Shown: positions 35,066 through 47,518 of the stretch, one piece after another
Layout: each line of letters begins with the position of its first letter
How positions within the stretch are numbered: position 1 is the stretch's first letter
Assembly: GCF_022539665.2 (NCBI RefSeq)
Contig: NC_081333.1
Span: 2,294,001-2,358,000, forward strand
From: Daphnia carinata
Taxonomy: Eukaryota
DNA: 64,000 nucleotides
Direction of reading: 5' to 3'
Made by a program: the position numbers and the translations under genes
Notes under the pieces: model-generated
Databases searched by the model: none
What the model was told of the DNA's origin: nothing
What the model saw: the letters and a program-made list of their open reading frames with translations, nothing else

Positions 35066-38000
35066 ATGAGGACTTCGTTTCTTGTTGGCCCTGCGTAAAA
35101 AATGTAAAGAAATGAGACCAATGAACAGCAATTTTATCATACAGCATTACTATTTGAATCAAGATTCAGGGAAATCAAATAACAAAATTTCGAGTAAAAA
35201 CAGAAGTCACAAAATGGAATACTATGGTAAGAAAGATGAACAACAGATATCTTAAACCATAATAGCTGAACTAGTGGGCTTAAGCTTGAAAGACCAAAGT
35301 CAATCCTTTTGACTTAACCCACGATCCTGCATTAGAGGTTCATTACAAAGTCTCTAGCATTAAATTAACCAAAATGTTTCTGCTATGCTCTGTGAAGAAC
35401 TATCAGACAGTAAATTCCAAAAGCATAAGTATGCATTTACCAAAGCAAACTCTGGGCATTAATTGTATGCTATCTGCTGTTTCACTTATCACTTGTTAAT
35501 ATACCAGGCTTCCACCTGCTCAGGTCTAACAAAAAAGCCAAAAAAATATACCTAGATAAGAACAATAGATCTGTGTTACTTACTTACTAGTTTAGATACA
35601 GAAAGCAATAGGAAAACTTTCAAAAACCACAGAGCAAAAATGTTTCCATGTTCACACAACTTAAAATGGCTGACATGCAGACGACAGGAACTGTTCAATC
35701 CTATGGGTTTTAATCATGGCCTATTCGTAATACCCTAGCCGGAATTCCATTTTCCACTTTTTGGTAACTATTGCATAATTGAAATGAGTGGAAAGAAGCA
35801 GTGGAAAGTGGAGTTCGGTTTGATGTAATGTATAAAACTTGTGAAATTGTGTGGGAAAGGCGGAGCAATGCAAAATCAATTCCCTTTATAAATATTTATT
35901 TATCGATTCTTAGAAATGCAATAGTGTAAAAAACTAATCATAGTTCAAGATATTACAATTCAAACCATCATCTGACAAACTACAAATTCTTTTACCACTT
36001 TTTCGATCTGAAATTTAGTATAACTCCGTGTAACGAAAAATAGGTAATTTTTTGGTTGTTTTCAAAGAAAACGTTTTTATATTGAAGAAGTTATGATGTA
36101 ACTTCAACTGGCTATAACCGAAAAGCCGAAAAACTCAAGTCTGGCAGTTAAGCCAAAATACAGTGCGCAATCTATAACGGCCCTTATTAACGTCACAAAA
36201 TAACACGAACGCAAATTGAACGGCTGATTAGTTCGGAAAGACGGGAATTGTGAGACGGATAGGGAACTGGAATTGGCTATTTTAAGGAAAAAAAAAAGGT
36301 TGAAGCCCATTCGACATGTTTCTTCTTCGTAAGATTGTTAAACAACAAAACCGATGTTTAATTGGTTTTATTGCAAATAAGTTTTGGCAAGAAACGACCA
36401 GCCCATTTTAAATTCATAAATAAAAAGAAAAACATAGCAAGATTAAACATCATGAAAGCTGATCGATAATTGACATATGCAGCATCCCAATTACAAACAG
36501 GACGAAAACCATTTAAACCAATGTGCCAAACCTAGTTCATCGGCATTCCAAAAGACGTTAGGTTGCTCCGCTACTCCAACTTCATTAACCAGCTTCAGAT
36601 TAATGAGGACCAAAATGTTAGTACTGCTTACTGACTTTGATAAGGTGATACACTCAGTGATAAAGTGACAAGGCAGTTTGTGAAACCGTTTAAAACAACA
36701 ATCAGAAAGACTTAATGTAACTTACGCCACGACAGTTTGAACCAAGAAGCGCCCGTTTTTTTTGTAGGTTGCCGAACTGTGTTCTCTCACGAAAATGTCC
36801 GTATTGATAGAATTTTTTTTGTAAGGAAATGGATCGAAATGGTGCTTAGTATTAAAAACAGGCACATGTAAATTGAAAATATCCGACGAGCCCCCCAAAA
36901 AGAATTGGCGTTACCGCAGTCATAGAACCCCAACCCTGGGTTCTATGGCTCATCTTACATAAGAAAAGAAAAAATTTGCTAACTCCCTCTACGTTCTTCC
37001 AAAATAACTTGACGGCATATATTTTCCAATTAGAAACCTAGATTTTCAAAAGTACTTAAATAATATCCACATATATATGTATATCCTATGTATAACATAC
37101 TTATATATCCACGTTGGATTATGGATAATCTTTGCAGTTTTTCCTCAACTTTACGAACTAAACTTACACACCAATCTTAGCCATGGATGACGATCTTGTA
37201 CCAAAAACTTTTGTTCCTACAATTCACGATATTATGGTTATTAAATTTGTGGCTTTTAAACCATGAATCAATTACCAGTTTCTTCACAGAGACGCCTATG
37301 ATCGCGTAACAACCACATATCCAAAACAAATAACTTTTATGGCACCTTCGATAACGAAAAATCCTGTCACACCTAAAGAAAATAATAATAAAAAAATTAA
37401 TAAAATCCAATCATAGCGATTGACATCCAACAATTAATTAATCGTTTAACACCCCAGAGATTTATTCACTGATACAATCCAGAAACCTTTTACTAGAGAA
37501 AATGAACACATTACCCCATCAAAAAGACCAATTATTGTAGCTACAACCCAATAATTTCATTACTATTCAGAAAAGTTTACCACTTTCCCTTAGTAAGCTA
37601 ACCAACTAGTTTTATATATTACTGCAATAACAGGAAATAAAATGTAAGACCAATGGAAAACATGAATGATTTTGCTTTCAGTTTAAGGGTACTACAACTA
37701 AATGGCTGTAGAAAAATACAAGCTTACTGTTTTTCATTGCACATATTGTCTAATTATAAAGGTTGCCTTCATATAGCATCACATCTTCATATCAAAGATC
37801 ACAAATGTTGGAATGAAAACCTTAAATAACTTTCAATTGGCACAACTGGGTTGAAACCATTTAAGAGTAGACTAGATGTTCATTCATAGCTGCAGGTTAA
37901 ATTGCTCAACTACTTGAATTGGAACATTCAACAACTTCGTGAGTAATGAATTCACCTTTCAAATGATTGGATGCAATTTAATTCCAGATATTCAAACCAC

Positions 38001-39370
38001 AAACTGTACAGTATGAAATATACAGTCAAAATTTGACTTATAAAAAGTTATATTATATATTGTATTATAACCCCTATTCAAAGCTATAACTAATGTAGTT
38101 AAACTCACTTACTGATTCATGAGCCGTTAGATTTTACATTTTGGTTAGCCCATTGGTGGTTATGCTGCTTTTTATACTAGCAGAATAATGCACCAACGCT
38201 AAAACACTTGCAATCAACTGAAAAAAAGAATTTTTTGTTGAAATGAACTTAAAATGAGTGTAGTTACATTTTACTACCATGGAAGTTTTTGAAATTGTCA
38301 CTTGTAGAAAGCATTACGCTTTCGTTGCGGCCACCGACCAGCCAAATTCATTTTTTGTGAAACCAGCACATATATCCAATTTGGTGTTATATTCATGTGC
38401 AGCTTCCTCAAAATCTCCACGTACAGGCTCTGGAATAACTAAAATGCAGCCATGACAGCCCGTATGTTCTTTAGAACTTGAACAGGATTGAGAAGTATAC
38501 CTTAAACGACATGAATTGCTTTGACAGACACTGGGAAAACCACGGTGATTTTCAAGATGGCCATAAATTTCTAGAATAAGAACCATGCTAATATGCGAAG
38601 CATGTGACGCCAACGGGCAGAGTTCAGCACCAGTAGCTGCCGGTGGCCATTGTGTCACATGGGCCACGCCCCCTGGCAACTGGAGGAAAAAGAACTGGCA
38701 TAAAGGCGAAAAGAAGCTAAAAAAGACAGATTTTAATAATTAATTTTTCAGTAACTTCCGGTTACGGGTAACACGCGTTGACCGGGACCGAACCCTATTC
38801 ACAAAATTTCGACGCTAAATTCCTATAAATTATTTGAATTTTATAACGGCCATATAATTGAAGTTTGTTACCAGTAAAACGAGAAATCCTGTTTGTAAAA
38901 AGTAGCTTATGGCCTTCAAAAACTAGTATCCAACGTGCTGCCATCTAATGCCAACAAAAATATACACCAAACTTCTCATCTGGTATTTGTTGCAACCTGA
39001 TCTCAGATGGCACGCGAGCATACGCTGCTGTTGCTTATTACCAAAACGAAGGCGTTGCCGTCATTATACATTTACCAATTGTTATTGTTTGTTTTTTAAT
39101 TTGGACCTATACTGTATATTTATTTTTTAATGACTAAAAAAGCTCATTTTATTGTTTGATTCATTTAAAAAATAACTCAGCGTGTTTTTTAGCAATTTTT
39201 GTTTATTGTCCAAGTTGTCACGCCAGTACGTTTTGGTTGGTTCTTTGTAATCCATGTTAGTCTGCTATTAAGAGTTGAGAAGTGTGAACATGTGTTCGTT
39301 TTGTTAGTCTTTCATTGCCATTTGATATATTGTTTCACTAACCATGGATATTTTCAGCGGCGAATCAAAA

Positions 39371-41204
39371 ATGAAAGTGAAGGTTTTGGTGCGAAATCCT
39401 GATGACTATTTGCGAGAAACAAAAAGAGACATCCACAAATGTAACATATCGTGTTAATGACCATATTTTGTAATCTGAAATCTGATGAATGTATTGGTTT
39501 TGATTGAAGTACCTAGGAACTACAATCCAGCATTACATCCACTAGAAGCTCCTAGAGAATATACGCGTGCCATGAATGCTGTCAAATTAGAAAGGGTTTT
39601 TGCTATGCCATTCATTGGTTCCCTCGATGGTCATCAGGATGGTCTAACTTGCCTTGGCAAACATCCTGATCACTTGTCTTGGCTGTACAGTGGAGCGTGC
39701 GATGGAGAGGTATTAGCTTTTTAAACAAGTATATGTTTAGTATTAAACCTTTTGTTACACAGTTAAAATTGTGGGATGTCGCAAAAAGGAAAATAGTGTA
39801 TACTGTTCAGGCCCATGATGGATTTCTAAGAGCTATGGCATTTAGTCAGGAAACATCATCTTTATACACTGTCGGAGATGATAAACTTATTAAACAATGG
39901 AAAACTCAGGAACTAGACGGCAGTGATTTGAAGGCACCAGTAAACACTATAGTGACACGTAGCATGCTTACTGGTGTAAGCCACCACAGATCTAAACCAT
40001 ATTTGGCTACCTGTGGAGAAGCTTGCAATTTATGGGAACAAACTCGCGCCCAACCAATCAAGACTTTCCAGTGGGGCGTTGACAGCTTACAATGCATTAA
40101 ATTCAATCAAGTTGAAGAAAATGTTATAAGTAGAACACAGAAGACATTTCATTTTATCATCCTTTTGTGTCGTATTATTGAACTTCAGACCTGATTTCTC
40201 AATAGCTGCCTGCGGTAGTGATCGAAGCATCATCTTGTACGACATGAGGGAGTCTGCACCTTTAAGGAAAGTTGTCCTGCAGATGAGGAGCAATTCACTT
40301 TGCTGGAATCCCATGGAAGCTTTTATCTTCACCGTAGCCAATGAAGATTATAAGTAAATGCTGTTTATTTTCCATTTAAAAAAAAAACTAAAAACATCCA
40401 TAACACGTCATCCCATGACTGACGCTATTTCCCGTTTCCTCCATGTAGCCTGTACACATTTGACATGCGAAATTTCGCTAGTCCCATTAACGTGCATAAA
40501 GATCACGTCTCAGCTGTCATCGACGTTGACTATTCACCGACTGGCAAGGAGTTTGTCAGCGCAAGTTACGATAAGACAATTCGTCTCTACAATTCTCGTC
40601 AGGTATGGAGATTCATAGTTTGCTAAACATACCAATTACTTAACGAGTTCATACTTCGGTTACGTTCTAGGCTCATTCGCGAGATATTTACCATACAAAT
40701 CGCATGCAGCGGCTGACTTGTGCAGCTTGGTCCTTGGACGACCGTTTCATCTATTCCGGCTCCGACGAAATGAACATCCGCATTTGGAAAGCTCGCGCCG
40801 CTGAAAAACTTGGCGTGGTAAGTTACTACTCGGTACAAAGGCGGATGTTGAACTTAATGATTTTTCGTCCGACTTCAGGTTAAACCTCGTGAAAAGACGG
40901 CTCTACGAGTTAATGCAAAGCTGGTGGAGAAATTCGCCCACCATCCAGCGATCAAACGGATCAACCGTCATCGTCATGTGCCCAGGCACGTGTACAACTC
41001 ACGGAACGAGCTGCGAAGCAGCAGGATTGCAGCCAGACGGAAGTATGTTTCTGTTTCTTTGATTTGCTTCGTTGCTCCTAGTCAATGTTTTAATCGAAAT
41101 TTTATCTTGAATATTAAAGGGAATTCAATGTCCGTACTCACACGAAACGACAATTACCTATCATCCCCGAGAAGGCCAAAGTTATCGTGTCCGAGCAGCA
41201 GTGA
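39371..41204 (+). CDS. DCAF13: DDB1- and CUL4-associated factor 13 (WDSOF1/SOF1, U3 snoRNP WD40 protein), 8 exons
   Basis: Exons 39371-39440, 39510-39709, 39763-40129, 40206-40353, 40449-40602, 40671-40817, 40879-41042 and 41120-41204. They encode MKVKVLVRNPDDYLRETKRDIHKLPRNYNPALHPLEAPREYTRAMNAVKLERVFAMPF..., CWNPMEAFIFTVANEDY, DVDYSPTGKEFVSASYDKTIR, HSRDIYHTNRMQ, SGSDEMNIRIWKARAAEKLG and IKRINRHRHVP (Sof1 domain). Confidence 0.96.
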
Positions 41205-42475
41205 ATGTTTACCTATTTTCGTTTTGCCACACACAACGCTGTCCAATTTGGTTCTCGTTCTCTGGGCGGTTGAAGGAAGGAGCTGCTGTCCAAATGGATT
41301 TTCTTCCCTTGTGTACAATTTACATAATCCCTCGGAAACTGGACTTTCTCGCTGCATTTGCCTAATGGCCTGGACGAGAATACGTACCATTAAAAATACA
41401 AGAGAAAATGTAAGGAAAAACAAATTTTGTCGGTTTCATTTTACTTTCTTTTTTCGTCAACAGCCAACTGAAAGTGAAGAAGAAAAAAAATAGAAATTCG
41501 TTGATTAACATCCAATTTTTCCCCTTGTAGATGAGACGTCGTTTTGCAATATCATAGAATTTTCCTTTTATTAGAAAGAAGAAAAAAGAATCAAAAGTTT
41601 GCAAAGTGAAAATGTTATCATGACGAACGAGGGGGAACGGGGAGCAAAGGATCAACGAACCGAAAAAAAGAAAAAAGAAAAAAAAAACATGCTAAGTTCA
41701 AATAAGTCACGATAACGGCATATATAAATTTTTTATGTATACACGAGCATATTATATGGATCGTCAAAGTGGCAACAGCAGCAATAGTGGTTGTGTGAAT
41801 TCAAGTGAGGGACTGCGATGAAAGACGGACAAATGAAAGTACAAAGAGCTGCACTGAAGCGAATGCCATAAAATTGAATTCTTGAACAAGATGGGGGAGA
41901 CAGTTTTATGCGAACTCCCATTCTTTCTGCGTACTGCAATGCCTCTAAAAAAAAACGGGGGAGGGCTGTCAATGACGAAAGAAAAAAGAGAAGAAAGCAA
42001 CAAAATGTTTCATTTGTTGTTTTTGTGTGTAAATACTTGTACGCGGCGGGCAGAGAAGATCATCAGTATTTTGTGTGGGGGTCTGACAAGAGTTCGTCGG
42101 GCATAATACGAGAAACGGAAATCAATGTTTGCAACGATGCGAGTGCACACAACGATATGGACTGAAAGAGTTTCCCTTTCAACGTGAGTTAACATGGTTG
42201 AAATGCACAAAATGAATTTCATCCCATCTCTGCTTGGTAGTTAACTTCGTTTTCTTACGTTCTTCGTTAGATGAAAGCTAAAAAGAGGATTAATTAAGAA
42301 TGAAATAGAATACATAACAAGCTCTTTTATACACAACTTCAATCTTCGACCAACATTGACGGGATGGACGAAAGATGCTAATCTTTCTCTTGATTCACGG
42401 TTTCTTTTTTAATCATTTATCTAAAAAAATAAATAAATAATAATTTAAAAAATAAAACAAAAAATGAAGATGATT

Positions 42476-45400
42476 TCACAACTCGACTCTGACGGGACTG
42501 AGCACTACCCCTACATTGTTTGCAGCGTTATTAGCGCTGGTGATGGCGGCAGCGGCCGCTGCGGCTGCCGGGGCCGTTCCGACTGTAGCTGGAGAAGATG
42601 TCACAGCACCGATGGTCGTCTGATTATTGGTAGGCGATGATCCGTTGGTGATGGGCATTTGCCCGGGTCCGGTGGCAGGAGCTGCGATCGCCGAGAGGGT
42701 CGAATCCAATCCGACGCCGTTCGTGTTCAGGCTGACAGTAACGCTCATGGCACCTACGGTGGTCAATCCAACTGCTCGTGTATTTGGGGTTTGTTTTGTT
42801 TTGTTTTGTTTGTTTGTTTGTTTTTTTACCCCAAAAATTGGAGTTTGTTGGGTTCGATGTGTTCATTTTTTTTTTTTTGGAAATAGTGTGTGTTTGTTTT
42901 TGTTTGCGTAGTTCGAAGACATCCGGTACCCCGCGTGAAGTAGATTGTGGTCAGGTAAGGTAACAAGGAATGGAGGTAATGAAGGGTGGTGGGGATCGAG
43001 GAGCAGGAGCCATAAAAATCAAAAAAGAATACAAAAAGAAAAAGAAAAATTTTAAAAACCGAATGGGTTATACGAACAATCCAGACGATGAAAATCAAAA
43101 CGAAAATAAATAAACGAACAAGGAAAAGTCATCACAGACGTACAGACGTACACACGACACACACGCGCGCGCACTCACACAAGACGCTCACAAAATAATT
43201 TTCATGTCTAAATGAAATTGTCTCTTTTTTTTTCACGCGTTTTATGTTCTCTTGAATAAATTAATGAAAAACGAAAAAAAAAAATGGGGGGTAGGGATGG
43301 AATTCTGTCATGTCGGACGACGACACACTATAATTGTAAAACCGAAATTAAAACTCAGAACGTTATAAGTTACCGTTAGTGTACTAATTGGGTAAATGTA
43401 TAAAAAAAAATGTCTTCATTGCATTTAAACGATTCTTTTGCTTTCCGGGGAGGAAAGGGTAGCTACTATTTATATGTACAAACATATTGGAATGATATCT
43501 CGTATGGTTGGGGGCTATAAGGGGGGTTCTTTTTGTTGGCGGAGTTACTGCGTGCCAGGAGGGGTGTGAAAGAGTGCAGATGCGATTCTCTCTTTTTCTT
43601 TTTGATTTCTGACAAATGCGTTCGATTAAAGAAATAAAAACTTGAAAAAAAATATAAATAAATAATAGTGACGCAGAGAGAGAGAGAGAGAGAGAGAAAG
43701 TGAAATAGAAATGAAAGAGGAGGGAAGAAAATGGCGTTCCGGATGGATTCGGTTGCTAGGGAGATCTACTTCGTCTATGCAGCTATCCCTATACACGATG
43801 GATATGGACTATTAATCGTCTATATTTGGTTAGATGGCACGAAATAAAAAAAAAAAAAGGGGGGGGGGAATATAAAATAAAGAAAAACGCATTTCGTTTT
43901 CGAAATTTTGGCACCTGGTTGTGCGAAGACGATCATCGAAGCGAACGCAGGAAATTATCGAGATCAACTGTGGAAAAAGGATTCAAGCAAAAAAGAATAA
44001 AAACGAAAGGGTTTCTTTTTTCTCAGCCCGAGATGTCACGTTTCCGGGTTTCTTTTCAATGCGGAATGTCTTGAGCAAACAAAATAATAAATTAAACAAA
44101 TTAAAAATCACGCCACCGTTTCTCTCCTTTCCGAAAATGTTTTTCGCTACGTTTTAAGTCTGATTAACTCTGGTCTAAAAGGAGAAATCAGCGTGAGGAA
44201 ATCGGACGAAAACAACAAACTCATTATCAAACAAAAAAGAAATCAATAAAAAAAAAAATGATGCAAAATGACATCATGCGACGTTAAAAGGTTAATTGGC
44301 TCTGTTTTTTTTTTTTTTGCATCTTTATCTTTTTGTCTCTTTGTTGGCTGTTTTGGATTTTCACGCAAAGACCAGAAAGGTAGCGGTGCGATAAAAAAAA
44401 AAAAAAATGAACGTGTAAATAGGCGCGGGATGTGTATGGTGGATGAACGTGAATTTGCGTGTGATGCTGATTTGTTTTTCCTTTTTTTTTATTTCTTTAG
44501 AAATTATTCGCTACCTTTGGATGTGCCATTGCTGGCCGGATTGGGGTTCAAAGGTCGGTCGAGGTCTGCAAATGAATATATAATAAATATTTACAACTTA
44601 AAAACGAGAAGGAAAAATCGCAAAAAAGAAAACATCAAATGAAAGGAGAGATCAGCGATTTCAAACTCAATAACTACTCCGTCAGTTACCAAACACACAA
44701 CCGGCTATAAATATATGTATATGTACAGCTGTACACACTATACGTATGCTTATTTATATTTGCAAAATAAAAGCAGCAGCGGGCGGGGAAATTATAGGAA
44801 AAGAATAATAATTCCCTATGTTTTTTGTTTGTTTTTTTTTCAATTGGCTTTTCTTGTCTCGCCCCTTTCCCTTCTCAATAGAAATATCACACACATGAAG
44901 TCATTCCCCGACAGCCCTAGTCGCTGGCAAAGCGCGGAGCGTGACAAACGAGCGGATCACAGCTGGAAGAGTTTTGTTCCTCCCGTTTTTGTTTTTTTTC
45001 CTTTGCCCTCCCTCATTCTGTTGGGTTCGTAATAATTTCGTTTTGCTTTTTCTGTTTTTGTCTTCCCCCTCTTTTTTACCTCATTCATTCTTCAATTTCT
45101 CTTGTTCCACGAGAAACTTTCGGGCTTTGGCAGCGGCTAAACAATGACTGGCTTTCGTGCGTGTGCATGTGGCGGACGTTAAGCCGGGGAACATCAAATA
45201 AGAATAGAATGGCTTTACATGATATAGGCCCTTTTCAAGTTTTTGCTTGTGTTAAAGTACGACGAGAGTATTCAACGTTAGTCTCAAGGCAAAATGAGAA
45301 AAGGAATGATATGAATGTTAAAAAATACCGAGATTTTTCTGACGTTGTCAGTTTCATCGGGCAAGAGTTTGTACTACGATATAAAAATAAAAGGCGCTTT

Positions 45401-47479
45401 TTAAATGGAAAACGCATAGGGCAGTAGCAACGTGTCGTAATAACGAGGTCAAGAAAGTCGTGGCAATTAACAGAAGTTGGTGAAACTTGGGCGAACTTGC
45501 TTCACGCGCACTTTGTTCGAATTCTGTACCGTCCATTGGTCCACCATTTTTCGCTTGAGCCCTCCTACGCGCATCCATTGAGGTACTTAACAAAATGATC
45601 GCCCAGTTGTCACACAAAATCCCCGTTTCTATCGCACTTCCAAGTTTGTATTTTTCTTTATACTTGCCTTTCCATCTGAGCCGGGCGCTTCTTTTCTCTA
45701 TTTTCAGTTCTTTTTTTTTTACGCCCACAGTTTGCGTGGTCCAGTTGCGCTACATCAAACCTCTTTTTTTTTTTTCCTTCCTCATCCTACCCATCGAATA
45801 GCCACAATGTGCCACTCTTTATCGATAGCCATTCATTGACGCGTGGGCCACACCAAAACCAGACTGATCCTCTTCTTTTTTTTTTTTTTTTTTTTTTGGG
45901 GGGGGGGGGGGATCCCTTCAAAACATCTGCCTTCTTTTCAGCCGCTCATCTCTAACGGGCTAATTGCAAGAAAAAGACTCGGACAATAACAGACACCGTT
46001 TCTTCAACGCCATCGAGTCAATGATCAAGTGAAACGGGCAGAGATGAATGGAGTCGTGTGGCTCCAAAAGACAAAAAAGAAAGCGACGACAGACAGAAAG
46101 AAAACAAAACAAAACAAAAAAACTAATGTTATAGAGGAAACGACACTGCTGGGAATGATTGCATTGCCTCTGTGTGTGTGTGTGTGTGTGTGTGTTTAAC
46201 GGCCATTGCCTCCTCTTTTTGGACTATTTTCTTTGCCTCTTCTTCATTTCTTATATATATATATATAAAAGCTTTCGCTGATGCTTATGCGAGTTGTGTA
46301 CAGAACCCGAGTTCTAGAGCGATACGATGTGTGGGATGTGGGCGTCTCAGCGGCGGCGTATTGATCCAATACGCGTACGAGATTTAGATCTCTGCTGTGT
46401 AGTAAGTAACTACTACAGTTAGCTTTCTCCCATTTTCTTTTCTTTTTTTCTCCTTTATCATCTCGCATTCTTTCTTATTCCAACTATCATATCGAACCAA
46501 AGCTTTTTTTTTTTTTTTTATGATTACAGTAATAATCATAAAAATAAAGTTTTGTTCTTTCCAAGATTTTGTTTACTGTAGACGTTCGTTTCACACAGCG
46601 TCTTGCCATCATCAAAACAATTTGCATTGCTTTTATTCAATTTCGAAGCGTAAAAGAAAAAACGAGGGGGGGGGGACGGTAACTTTAATCCAGTATTGAT
46701 CTAATAAGGCTACACGGGAATTGATCCAGGCATATCCGCGCCCATGCACAACGGTATTCCTTAGCCGCTCCACTATTCGCTGCTATATGCTAATACCGCC
46801 CCCCCCCCATGTTAAAAATTAAATGAATTTTCTATTTTCTTTATTTTTTAATAACTACTTTTGATTTTCAAACGATACAAGTTTTTACCCCGCACTCAAC
46901 TATGTCGCAGAATCTTGTTATGATACCACGATTGGTCGAAGACAATGAAGGGCTTCTACGTCACCGTCCGATCGTCTGGGATTAGAAGACGCAATGGCGT
47001 CAATGGGCTATGCGCCTTCTGATTCGAAACGGGAACTTTTGATACGAATTTTCTTTCACGCGTTCACGTCACAAGACAATCTAATCGCAAACGAAAAAGA
47101 ATTAACCCCTACCCTTTCCCTCGAAAGGGACAAAAGAGTGTAGTGAGAGTTGTATAGAGCGCATCTATAGATCTGCTACTGCGGATAATTAGTGTAGAGG
47201 CGGATCAGGGACGCGTCGTTCCCGATGACCACCTCTTTCCCCCCTCCCCCCCTTTTTTTTTTCCTTATAAATGATGGTCGTCTGTAACCATGGGGCTACA
47301 TCTGCACACAGATTATACTGCCTACCTTCCTCTACGTAGGCATCGACTGATACGAGACAACTACATAGTTTCTCTTTTGACGACCAATAAGGGCCAACCG
47401 GGCCGTCCAATCAACAGTAAAAAAATAGAAATAAAATATAATAAACGGCACACGAGAAATGGCGATCGTCTTCCAACAA

Positions 47480-47518
<39 letters not shown>

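Noticed and set aside
34340..35162. Three long overlapping minus-strand ORFs (266, 211 and 179 aa)
   Set aside because: They are by-products of the stop-free TTCGCC minisatellite and encode only low-complexity SPLRLRLFA repeats.
42905..43015. GC-richer patch as an additional Shaw exon
   Set aside because: No suitable minus-strand AG acceptor was found just upstream.
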